Of a stretch of DNA of 64,000 nucleotides, positions 25,916 to 39,081 are shown piece after piece; position 1 is the first letter of the stretch, and each line of letters begins with the position of its first letter. This DNA is from Chrysomallon squamiferum (taxonomy: Eukaryota > Animalia > Mollusca), in contig CM022665.1 of NCBI GenBank assembly GCA_012295275.1, positions 30,876,001 through 30,940,000 of the forward strand, read 5' to 3'. Made by a program: the position numbers and the translations under genes. The notes below the pieces were generated by a model that saw nothing but the letters and a program-made list of their open reading frames with translations, ran no database searches and was not told the origin of the DNA.

Positions 25916-28469
25916 CTGCTTTATATCTTTAATATCTGTGTCTGGAATGAAGCAGTTATCCCTAACTTGCTGGCACAGTTTCACTGTTTGGTTAAATTAG
26001 ATAAGAGGAATATTTTCTGTTATCTTTTTGTTTTGTTTTCAATCTCAGGTATATGCTGTGTTTAGTTTTCTCATCTTGCTGTGATGATGTTTCTCCAAAT
26101 ATACACCTGCCATAACTCAAACTACATCAGATACAATTTCACCATAAATCAGCAAGCTTCAGTTACATAAGGTTTGAAATCCTTTGAATTTTTTTTGCGT
26201 GTGTATTTGCAAATGAAAAAAATAAAATAAAAAAGTCTCTGGTAACATACTGTCTACATCACAAAATCTTATCAAAGCAGTGGAATACAAAATTTGGTCT
26301 GCTTGACTTATTTACATAATGAAAATTACTAGTTTATTAATTTGGTGATTGATAAATCACTTTTGTGAAAGCAGGAGACAAAATATTTCATACATTGCTT
26401 GTTTTCAATAATACCACCAAGTTGTGTGAGTTTACCCAGTTTATATTGACTGAATGGCTTTCTTAATTCATAGTAGTAAACACAAAAAAAAAAAGGACAA
26501 AGATCTGCATTTCCAAGACAGCATTATTTGTTGTTCCAAAAATACACACATTATCAATAAATCAGTTAATAAAATGATGTTTATAAAACTTTAAATGATT
26601 TTTTTTTTTTTTTTTTTTAATGCTTGAAAGACTCACATTATTGACAATTCCATGTATTGATGAGTTGTTTTTAGTGGTTATTTTTTCAGGAAACCAAAAT
26701 GGTAGATATATGCATAGTATATTGGTAAATGTAATGGCACAACTTCATATGAAAACAGGCAGATGATAAAATAACTGCAAATCAAATAATAAGTAATTAG
26801 TCTTAATTTGTTATCCTGTTGATATTCTAAATCTAAGTCAAATTTCAGTTTACAGACATGATAAACCAAGATGGTGATTAATGATAGATAACATGAAATT
26901 CAGCTTAGATAAAGTTGTATTATATATATCAACGTAGTATGAGTTTACCGATTTACAAGTCGATTGATTTTCTACTTAAAACAAAGACAGACTCTCCTAT
27001 GATTCCAGATGTAAAATAATAATAAAAATACCTATATACATAAGTGCATTCCTTGTCCACTTGAAGATTAGAGAAAAATAATTTTAAAAAAAACAACATT
27101 AAAAAATTATAAATACCAATAAACAATATCAAAATATTTTACAATACTGGATAATCAATACATTGAATATTGGTGACATTATGAAAGAAGGCCCTGTTTT
27201 AACAAGTTTATGTAGTAATATTCAAATTAGAAATCTTGAATATTGCCATTAATCAAAGAAATAAAATTCTACATGCATGCTCAACATACCAAATTCAGGG
27301 AGTAGGGATAAATGATTACTTTTATTTTCCTACCATCCCTTCCTCCCCAACTGTATACCTACCAACTCTAAACATCATTTTATTTTCATACATGACCAAC
27401 AAATATTTCATTTGCATGACCAACAAACATTTTCTCTTTTCCCAGAAAACATTTTGACGTAAACAGACATTTTTGTGATTTTGAATATGAACCTAAATAA
27501 CCAGCTTGTGCAATGAGCAATGTTGGTTCAAGAAGATATGGCACTCAAACAGGACTGGAGACAATATTTAAACTGGACTTAACCTCAGCATTCCAAGGTA
27601 AATCTCCAACATTTGTGCTGTAATTAGCTAACCAGCTTTGCCTGACATATTTACACTACCAAGATAACACTGGTGGTCCACGTTTCGCAAATGTTGTTTC
27701 TCAAGTTGATACAGTCAGACCTGTTTGAACAGGTCACCAAGCTAACTGGGAAAGTTAGTAAGCTTAAATGTCCTTAATATGAAGGTTACAAAATATGGAT
27801 GTTCAAAATATTTTTAACATATTATGTTAGATTTATTTATAACTTCACTTTAAAACGGCCAGTCTGAAAGATGTTAACAAATTCACATTTTGTTTTTAAA
27901 ATTAATTTTGATTTTATATTAATTTAAACAAAACAAAAACCACAACATAAAAAAGAACCTGTCTTATCAATAATTATTATTTCATTTTAAAAATGATAGA
28001 AAGAATGGTGTTCAGTTTTATGAATGACAGGCATAAATCATAAGACTAATATGATTTTGTTTTATCTTCAGTATGTTTTTATTTAGGTCCTGAAGAGGTT
28101 TTCTTTGTGCGTGTGTGTTTTATCATATATATATTTGAAGAAAAAAAGTCAGACAAGATATGTCATTTATATTTCATTTTTTAAGTAAAATTACATATAT
28201 AAGTATAAATGCAGTAAGGTTTAAAACATGAGCAAGGCAGACAATGTAACAAGAGTACACTAGTATTATTGTTTCTGAACAGTTTAAAATTTGCATAATT
28301 CTGTGAATGAAACAAAATACTGGATAATAAAAACAAAAATAATCATGTTGTTTGGGTTCTAAATTTATGTTTCTCAACTGTCATGAGAAAAAAAAAAATT
28401 AAACTTTAGAAAATTATTTTTCAGTTAGTCATCAATTATTAGGTTTCTTTTATTATTTGAAAACTAAAT

Positions 28470-28500
<31 letters not shown>

Positions 28501-30352
28501 GCAGTAATGATAAATAGCAAGCTGAAATAGTTTAGCACAACATGTTTTGCTTTTAATGTACAAATTTATAAAAATATCAAAGGATTTTACAAATGTACTC
28601 AAAATATTACAAACTTTCCAAGATTTTATTAATAATTTTAGATTATAGATAATTAAAAATTTAGATAATTCAGTTCCAGTTACAATTAAAATAATACATA
28701 CTAAATCCAGTATATTAAAATATTACACACACTATTAAATGGATTTCATTTTTATCAGGCATATGAATTTTTTTAAAGAAAAGGCCAACTGTTTTTAATG
28801 TCTTCTTAACATAATCGTATTAAGCAAATAAAAATCCTTGCTTGTTCTTGTAACAATAAATGACTTTACTAAGCTATATATACTTCCCATTTTCATAACC
28901 AAATGGGCCCCAAGCCTAATTTGGTGGACACAGTTCCAAATGATTTTCAGATAATCTAATGGATGTCTGACAAAAGTTAGTTTACAAGAGCTGAGTGGCA
29001 GATCCTACAAAAACCAACACCTACCTATACTCAGTATGAAGGTCTTTCATCCCCTCTCCCCATTTACTAGTAGATATTAAGACAAGATTAAATTAATGTT
29101 TTGTACAATATAACAATTAATAGTTATAACAAATATAAAGATTTCTAAAGATGTTAACTTGACATTCTTAAATTTATTTTCTAACATTTCACTGTATATA
29201 TTTACAGTGTTTTTATTTACACATGACATAAAATGATTTTAATTTTATAAAAATTGTAGTGTTCTTGAATGTGCAAAGCTGAGTGTTTGTGTTTGTGTGT
29301 GTGTGTGTGTGTGCGTGTGCGTGCACACGTGCACATACATGTGCATGTGTAAAATGTATATATATATAGAATTTATTCCAACAATCTGGTAGATTAGTTT
29401 TAAACTATTTTCACAAGTAAAAAACTAATCTAATCACAAGAACAAGTAGCCATGTGTCAAATTTCACAAGCTGATTAAAAAATAAATAAATTTAAATTAA
29501 AAACTACAAAGAAAAATATAAATTACACTCACATAAATTATATAAAATCATCATAAAAATGAGATGCAGTAAAAATAAATTGAATAATATAAAATAAAAT
29601 ACAGTATTCAATATTTATGACGACAAGCTGATTTAATCTTTGTATAGTAATAATAAACAGGTATGGCCTGTGGGTTTTATTTCTTATCAGTGTCCACAGT
29701 GTGTTGTCTCTGTGTGTGTGGGTGTGTGCTGACACATTAAATTTAAAACAGATCTTAGACTATGATAACCAGTACAGGCTTCTGTTACTACACTGATAAT
29801 GACTTTTACTGACTGGACATGAATAAACAGGTGTGTTCTTATTTGAGATATATTATATATTTCATGTTATCTGTATGGTACTGTCAGTATGTGTGCATGT
29901 ATGCATACGTGTGTGTGTTTAAATAATTCTAAATTAAATATTGTTGTATATTTTGGTGAATAAGTTATTTATTATTAAACATTTTAATTAAAGGGTATAT
30001 ATATATAATTAATAATAATAATAATAAATGAATAAAATTAATAATAATAAATAATTTAAAAAAAAAAATTCAAGAATTGATTTATGCATTTACATTTTAA
30101 AAAGTTATACACGTCTGATATTTTTTAAATATAGATATTTATTTATGACTACTAATAATTATTAAAAAAAAAAAAAATGAAAATAAAATCACCAACAAAA
30201 CATAGTACCAAACTAAATTAAGGAAATGATACAAATCAAACCATATTAGGTTACTCCCTTTCTCTCCACTGTCACTTGATATTGCGTTACTTTTATTCAT
30301 AATCGATTTATAATTCGTAATACAGTCACGACGTTATATGTGATGTGCTTAC

Positions 30353-30445
30353 CTGGTCTTCGGTAACTTTGTACACATAATACACAATCCCTACAAGCCA
30401 AACCCCTGCAATAAGCAGTAACAATCGAAACTTTCGCCGAACCAT
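30353..30445 (-). CDS. GALNT2: GALNT2 coding exon 1 (cytoplasmic tail + signal-anchor TM): MVRRKFRLLLLIAGVWLVGIVYYVYKVTEDQ
   Basis: ATG at 30445-30443 opens 31 codons with a basic N-tail and hydrophobic TM, resembling the GALNT2 N-terminus (MRRR...LWVLGIAYY, recalled). Ends at strong donor CAG|GTAAGC, phase 0, matching exon 2. Not in the ORF track. Confidence 0.9.
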
Positions 30446-30700
30446 CGGCAGACTTGACTTGTGTGGCCAAAAACCGACATCCCACAGACAAGGGAGCAGT
30501 TATTGTAAACGTCTTGAGTAGATTCTGTAGCCTGCGAAAAGCGGTACAGTTGAAGGGGGAAAGAAATTTAAAGAGGCACATTTGGTAAATCAATCAACTC
30601 TCGCTCTTCTTAAATTAATTGTAGTACAGAGTATTGAATGCTTCGCAAACTAATTATACGACTTTAAAATTAAATATATAAACTTAATAAAATAAAAATT
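30446..30700 (-). promoter_or_regulatory. GALNT2 5' UTR / promoter region
   Basis: Immediately upstream of the start codon, where CpG dinucleotides reappear after the CpG-depleted gene body. TSS not determinable. Confidence 0.5.
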
Positions 30701-31840
30701 TAAATAAATATAAATATATTAGTTGATGACAAAATAAAAATAAATAAATAAAGTTATTTAAAAAAGCTACTTAAAAAGAAAGTAAAAAACCACGTGTTAT
30801 ATGTTAACTTTTTATATACAGAAGGAGCATGCATTACATCAGTCCCTTCATTATATTTTCTTTTATCCATCATTTTCGAAAATAACACAAAAATTAATTA
30901 ATACGCTGACAAAAGGCGTGTAGTGGTACCCCTCACCACGTTTTCCTTTGCAATAATTATTAGATTTTAAAACGCTGGGAAAGATTTCAAATATAATTCT
31001 AACAGATAGGGTGTCTAAAAGAATTATATTAACTTTCACATAAATAAAACGGTAACTTGCCGCTGTAAGTTTCATCTTTGGACAGTCACAAAATACTTTT
31101 GTTATTTTTGTTGTTTTGTTATTGTTGTCATTCCCTAGTTTAAATATTTGATCATGACAAGGTCAGGGTATATTTTATCATAGCCTCTTCTCTCTTGGGC
31201 ATACATACGCTCGCGGTTATACACACTCGCACACGCGCGCGCACACACGCACATACATTAACACAACATTCCTTTCACAAGACAGCAGAGCAGACCAAAA
31301 AGAATAAAAGTGATTCACTTAATTATAGCAACAGAGGTAAAGTTAAAATTATGAATACATTTTCATAAATGTATACAATTAGTCTTTAAATTATTCATTT
31401 GTGATAATAATGATGATAATGATGATGATAATAATATGGATTGTAATGGCCATTATAAAATTCCGCGAAAGACTGAGTTACTGTTAAACTACTATTATTT
31501 TCCCTGAATACATTGCGTTCGAGTATGTAAAATTTTATTACTACATTACTGTTCAGATTTGTCTGTCAGCAGAATGTGAATGTCAGTTATAATTATAATA
31601 AATCTTCATACAAGGTGTCATATTTATCTTTTTATTGCATATTAATTTTCATTTTAAATTTAGCATGCGCGCGCATTCTGGGGAAAACGAATTTATCTCG
31701 GGAGAGCTTAATTAAGAATATGTAAATTAGAAATATATGTTTACAAATGTGTACTATGCATAATTTTATATGAATGCATTTACGAATGCTTTTCTGTTTA
31801 AACATATGTATATCTCTTCAGTATGTATATTTTTTTATCA

Positions 31841-31895
<55 letters not shown>

Positions 31896-32417
31896 TAATA
31901 ATAATAATTAAATAATTAAATAAACAAATATAAAAAAAAAAATTAAGCACTGGTAAGTAAACTTTGAAATAAAACAATTTTATCTTTCCTTTGTTTATCG
32001 TGTGTATGTATTTAGAAACTAACAAATGTGTGCCTGTATGTGTGCGTGCATGTGTGTTGGCGTGTATGTATGTATGTGTGAGTGCATGTACGTATTTTTG
32101 TATTCTTTTTCTATGTTTATGGTTGTATGTATGTATGCACGTGTATTAATATTTACGGATACATGTTTCTGGGTATCTTATGTTATATTTTTATATATGT
32201 ATGTATGTATGTTGAAGGGCGATGTGGTATGGTATGTATATTTTTGTACGTATGTACCTATTGCATGGTATGGTGTGTTATGATATATAATATATATGTA
32301 TTGTATATTATGGTATGGTAATTTATATATACACGTACGTGTGTTTGTGTGTGTATGTATGTGCGTGCGTATGTGTATATATTATGTATGTTTGTATGGT
32401 GTGTTCTTAACTACATA

Positions 32418-32461
<44 letters not shown>

Positions 32462-33181
32462 TTTATGAATGTATAATAATATGCGTGCGTGTGTGTGTGT
32501 GTGTGTGTGTGAGTGTGTGTGTGTGTGTGTGTGGCTTGAATATAAGCACTTGGGGTTTCTCTTTCATATTCATATACGCTTTTCCATCAGCAGTGGAAAA
32601 ACAGAAATCTGTCTCATAAAAATGTTAAGGTTCGCATAAACGCGCGTTAATTCCATGCTGCTTTACACGTAAATTAAATAAATAAAAGACAGAGGAAAAT
32701 GGATGCATACGCCCGTCATACATCTGAAAGTTCAATCGCGGGGTAAAAAAAATCATTTGCAAATGTGTTGGTGATCAGAAACCATAACTGTTCTTTTTGA
32801 GATCCGTATTGTTACAATAAAACAATCAAACTTGTCAGTTAGAAGATAAAATTCTGGTTTCTGTTTCATTAAAAATACATGTATGTCGCAAGTATCAAAC
32901 ACATTTAACCGTCAGGAGAAAATGGGGTGTGCATAAGATTTTCTGTAATGCCGTATCATGTCAAGCTGTCAAGTACGGCACTGGTGAACATTTTTTGTTT
33001 TTTGCACCTGTTACTTGTGAATTTCATCCACCCGTCAATAGCAGGTGAACTTCTCTATCTGTGATCTCAGCTCAGAGATGAGATAAAAATATAATATTAA
33101 CAATTCATGTATTATTTAATATGTGTTATTATTATTAATTTTTTTAGATGTGTGCGTGTTTTTGCGCGTATGTGTGTACAT

Positions 33182-33185
<4 letters not shown>

Positions 33186-33232
<47 letters not shown>
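33186..33232. repeat. (GA)n microsatellite
   Basis: Directly visible. Confidence 0.97.
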
Positions 33233-33235
<3 letters not shown>

Positions 33236-33340
33236 ATTAAGAGAGTGTATATATGTAAATGTTTGTGCGTGTGTTTTGTTTCTGCCTGTAGGATGGGGGT
33301 TAATGTGTATGCGTCTGAATCTGTATTGGAATATAATATC

Positions 33341-33624
<284 letters not shown>

Positions 33625-34680
33625 CATGAATGCGTATGTGTACGTAGGCATGACAGACTATTTTCTGAGGTGTGTATTTAACAATATGAACGTGCAGGAC
33701 GTATGCTTTTAATCGACAATATTCATACGATTTGCATTTCCACTAAATTAATTATTTATGGTATATAAATATACTATTTAAAAGTATCTCTCTGACATTC
33801 ATCTGATACTTTAGGAGATTTTTCCATTGCGATATATTCCTAATAATAAAACGTTTTAATTAAAAGATTTCTTCATTTGCCATTTTGTAAGCCTAGTAAA
33901 CATCAGTCTGTTTCCGTTTCTCTTTGTTCTGTTTAGAAGCTTTTAATTTTCTTGGAGCAATAACATTTTTTAAACCTTTGATAAGACAAGGTAGTAGTAG
34001 TAGTAGTAATAATAGTAGATGTAATAGTAGTAGTATTAGTAATAACGATAATGATAATAATGATGATGATGATGATAAAATTAATAATAAATATACAAAT
34101 ACATAAATAAACAAACAAATAAACAAACAAAAAATAATTTACTGTGTAAACAAATGCTGATCTTAAATACTATATTTTAAACTGATCTGAAAGAAAGGAA
34201 AGCAATTCAGAAGATTGTTATAATAATTACAGTACAGTTGGTAACATATGGCAGCATCCATATGCCTTACATGGCAACAGTTACAGCAGTCACTTCCCTG
34301 TTTAAAAACATTTTGCTTGCCACAGATGTTTGTATGTTTAAAAATACTAATAACAAATAAACAAAAGACAAAATAAAATAAATAATATTAAAAAAATTAA
34401 AAAACAAGAAAACAAGACCAAAATAAAACAAAACAAAATAAAACAAAAATAAAATAACAATAAAAAACCCCAAAACAATTAACAAGACAAAAAGAAGTAA
34501 AAACAAAATACAAAACAAACATACAAAATCTATAGAGAAAACTCTCACATTCTGCTTGTAAATCGTAACGTAACCATCACAAAAGATTTGTTTTTAATTT
34601 TTCATTCCTTTCGGAAAAAAAAATTATTAGAAAGAAATACATACTTCTCCTTTTAGTTTTAATTTTGTTAATTTTATTGT

Positions 34681-34681
<1 letters not shown>

Positions 34682-34734
<53 letters not shown>

Positions 34735-34985
34735 TGACATAACCAAACTGAATTTAATTATTTTAATTTAATATAACTGAGTATAATTTTATCTGATTTT
34801 GGATAATTTAATTTAATTTCACTTTATTTTATTTAATTAATTTATATTTAATTAATTTAGTTTAATTTAATTTAATTTAATTCAATTCAATTCAATTCAA
34901 TTCAATTCAATTCAATTCAATTCAATTCAGTTAATTTAATTTAATTTAATTTAATTTAATTCAATTTAATTCAGTTTAATTTAAC
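34682..34985. repeat. poly-T tract followed by an (AATTT)n/(AATTC)n pentanucleotide repeat
   Basis: Poly-T at 34682-34732; pentamer array at about 34860-34985. Confidence 0.9.
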
Positions 34986-35108
34986 TTGAATTTGTTTTTA
35001 AAAGTAAATTATAGTAATTCTGTAACAGTAAAATAAACCTTATCCTTCAGTCCATTTATTTTTGAGTCTGCTGAAGGGTCCAAATGGGATATAATCAAAA
35101 AAAAAAAA

Positions 35109-35146
<38 letters not shown>

Positions 35147-35668
35147 TAACAATAATAACAGTATACTCATTTTTAAACCCAGAATATTCACACAAATCTG
35201 CTTCCCCCAGCCTATGATTAAGATTCTGTAAAAACTAAATACACTCTTTCTTTCTTTTTTTTTTTCTTTTTCATTTTTCTTTTATTTTTTTAGCACACTG
35301 CATTAACCGTTTTAATAAAATTCGCACCAAATACAAATATGACTTCTTTTTTTTTTTCTATTTTCAAGCTCAGATTTGTAAGCACTTGTGTCATAAATTG
35401 GGAATTAAATGAATATTCATGATATGCAAATAGCAACATCACATTCAGTTTGCTACTACATCTGGTGATGCCAAAAAGTTGATCCTGCTAATAAAATGTC
35501 AATTTCGTGAAAGTGGGTTTTTTAACTGCTTTTAAAACCATTGTGCAAGATTACATTAACAAAAAATATAAAAAAAAAAAAATAATAATAATGAAATAAA
35601 ATAAAAAATAAAAAACGAAAACATTAAAAAAATCATTCAAATACAAATGAAATGAAATTTTTTTAATG

Positions 35669-35720
<52 letters not shown>

Positions 35721-36199
35721 TTTTTTTCATTTACCTTGTTTGTGTTTGATAATTATAATTATTATTTCTTTTAAAAATCAGACACTAAAAGCAATAATAG
35801 ATGTATAACAACAATTCTTCTTATTTGCAAACACAAAGTTTTATGTTATTTTAAAAATATTTATTAGAATAAACCAGGATTTTTTCCCCGTTGATTTAAT
35901 TTTTAGAATTTTAAACAATTATTTTAAGTTTTTGTTTTAACTGTGAGGAAAACAATGACAACTGTAGATACTAGTAAATAAACTATTTTTTTTTTTTAAA
36001 TTTAATATTATATAATTCATTTATTAAATCTAGATCAACTTCTTTTCAAAATATATTATATTTAAATCTAACTTAAATAGAAATAATAATATAAAAAAAT
36101 AATAATAATGTGTGTGTGTGTGGATAACACTAACGCTACAGTTTTATTATTATTTTATATTTATATTTCTTTTTAAAACGGAAATATTTCTTATTATTC

Positions 36200-36400
36200 C
36201 CCACTTTCCTGGGAATCGATTTCCCCATACAATTTATCAAAGTTTATTTTTATATTATTTTCTATCTAAACCTAAATCTAAGAAAAATCTTTAAAGGTCT
36301 ACAGCGTTTCGGATGAAATTTAAAAAAAAAAAAAAAAAAAGGTACTGATGTTGAAAAGTCATTTCCTTACCAGACTTGCCAACAAAAAAGGAAACTGACG
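36200..36400 (+). repeat. left arm of long inverted repeat
   Basis: 36255-36298 (44 bp) and 36343-36379 (37 bp) are exact reverse complements of 38680-38723 and 38607-38643. Confidence 0.92.
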
Positions 36401-37187
36401 GCGAAAAATCTTTCAGATTGATTTATATTTGGGAGATTTAAAGAAAAGATAAAGTAATTAAAAGAAATTAGTTATAATAAGATACATAAACTAAATTAAA
36501 GATCATATATTTTTCCTTTAATTTAAAAAAAAAAAAAAAATAATAATAATAAATAAAAAAGAAAGAAAGAAACGGAAATAAAAAAAAGAACGAAAATAGA
36601 CTCAAGTGAATAAAAAAAATAAAAAAAATAAATAATAATAATAATAATAATAATTCAGGCAAAGAAAAGGTAAAATTAACAAAGATATAAAATAAATATA
36701 CCATTATTTTTAAGTAATTTGAATAAGAAAAGTATTTGAAATAAACAGAATAATTAGAAAAAATAATTGGACGATTGATGATATCAAATGTTTATAACAG
36801 AGGAAAGTAATCACACAAAACAAAGATTTATTTTTTACTCTCCTTAGGCGAGTCACATGATATGCAATGAAGTTGAAAATCTTGAGAAACATCTGCACAT
36901 GGAATGAAATGCACGTGTTAACCTTGGTTTGCATGTCGTATAAACACGTTATTAATAACCAGATTTTGACATTATTAATGTCTGAAGAGATCAGATTCTT
37001 TGGAATTTTTTTTTTATATTTCTGTTTATGATATAATAAATTGGTATATACTTTAAGCTTTAAAACAGTTTTTGGATGTGTATGTGAGTATGTGAAAGAA
37101 ACAGAGGTAAAGAGAATGAGATGCAAGCACAAAAGAGAAATAAAAAGAAAAAGAGATACAGAAGGAACCAAATAGTGGTTGAGAGAG

Positions 37188-37220
<33 letters not shown>

Positions 37221-37332
37221 AAGATTAAAGAGAAGAAATTGTTAAAGAGAAAAAGAAAAAGATGGGACATAAAGAGAGAGTGACACAGAGGGAAAATGAA
37301 AGAGAATGAGGAAACAAAATGAGAAAGAAAGA

Positions 37333-37336
<4 letters not shown>

Positions 37337-37405
<69 letters not shown>
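37337..37405. repeat. (GA)n microsatellite
   Basis: Directly visible. Confidence 0.97.
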
Positions 37406-37407
<2 letters not shown>

Positions 37408-38261
37408 ATCAGACTTAATTATACATATAACATGTACATAATGGGTTGTGCTTAATTTATTTCATTATAATTTTCTGCGTTGTCGTCTTTGTCATTATCA
37501 TTATTCTATAATTTCCATTATTATGATTATTATCATGATTATTACAGAACTGTGTATTAACAGGTTTTAGCTTCTGGAAGACGTATTACTTGAGCACTGA
37601 GAATTGAACTCCTGCTGGGAAGTGAGACCATGAAAAGAACAAAACAAGCTAAATGAACAGATTCGCCTCGAGTAGCTCTTACGAAATTCCATTGAGCTAG
37701 TAATTCGTTACGGAATAATTCTCAATCTGCGTTTTGTAATAAACACCGGTCGGCATCTTGTTGTTATATAAGATAAGAAAATTATCGGCCTACTGATTAC
37801 ATACAGGTAAATGAAATCTCTTTGCAGGCTCTAACGTCAAGACTCTTGGCATTAAGAACCAATTAGGGACTGGCGTGTGCTGCCGGAGACACAAAAGAAA
37901 ATCCGAGTATTAGCGGAAACCCCCAGCGAATATCTACCCGAGCTGTTTGTTACTTCAAGCGCAATCGATAGGAGATGGAGCGGACACAACGAAAGAGCAA
38001 CTTCCTTTTAAAACTATCAACAATGGTCAACACGAGAGACACAACAAAGATATAAATGCGACCATGTAACAAACAGAAATTTGTTGGATTCTTCTTGCAT
38101 GAAAAATCAATTGACGCTGTGTTAAACGACCCTTTTGGGCAAAAGCTTTACAATGGATGTGATACAAGAGCGAAGCGGGGGTTTTGTCGACTGTTAATAA
38201 GTGACGTCCAGAAGCTAATTTCCCGTTCACCTGTCCAAGATCTACTTTCAAAGCCCTATAC

Positions 38262-38262
<1 letters not shown>

Positions 38263-38343
<81 letters not shown>
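38263..38343. repeat. (AAT)n microsatellite
   Basis: Directly visible. Confidence 0.97.
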
Positions 38344-38346
<3 letters not shown>

Positions 38347-38584
38347 TAAGAACAACAACAAGAAACAGTTTTCGTATCCACCACAGCTCGAAAATTGTCC
38401 AGTAAAGAGAATGAACACTGTTTTCAAAGATGTATTTTCTTCTCTTTGTTAATATACCATTGTGTGGTCAAAATAAAGAACAATAAAGTTTTCAGTATTC
38501 GTTGTAAGGTTTCAGCGGTACAGATCTATGTACATTAAATATGAATACGGTCTCCTTTGTAAGCAGAGACAAGATTGCTGCGCG

Positions 38585-38790
38585 TTGACAGTTTCTTCAT
38601 TTGTAAGCAAGTCTGGTAAGGAAATGACTTTTCAACATCAGTAGATTGTTTTTTAAACAAATCAATCGAGACGCTGTAAACCTTTAAAGATTTTTCTTAG
38701 ATTTAGGTTTAGATAGAAAATAAGATAAAAAAAGAGAAAAGAACGTTGGATAAACTGTTTAGGTAAATCGTTTCCGATCACAATGGGAAA
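38585..38790 (-). repeat. right arm of long inverted repeat
   Basis: Exact reverse-complement blocks of the left arm, with diverged flanks. Confidence 0.92.
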
Positions 38791-38994
38791 CAGAAATATG
38801 TGGGGAGGTGTTGTTTTTAATGTTTTTCGGTTTTAAATGCAAATAGGAATAGATTCGTAGAAAACAACTATAAAATACACACACTTCTTTCACGTACATT
38901 ATTATTTAAATAATACTTCAAGAAACCGCTAAAAATAATGATGACAGACGTTCAGATAAATGGACTAACATGGAATCTCAACCCCCCAAAAGCC

Positions 38995-39030
<36 letters not shown>

Positions 39031-39032
<2 letters not shown>

Positions 39033-39081
39033 AACATGGAATGAAAACAAACAAAAATAGGTTGTATTAGTAACGTTTATT
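39031..39081 (-). terminator. candidate prospero polyadenylation signal
   Basis: Minus-strand AATAAA at 39081-39076, followed about 20-45 nt later by TTTTGTTTGTTTTC...TGTTGTTTTT. Confidence 0.4.

Noticed and set aside
27710-27975. TACAGTCAGACCTGT...GGTCACC Tigger-like terminus
   Set aside because: No matching right TIR found; at most a truncated relic.
30297-30593. 98-aa minus-strand ORF over GALNT2 exon 1
   Set aside because: Wrong frame; the real TM-coding frame starts at 30445.
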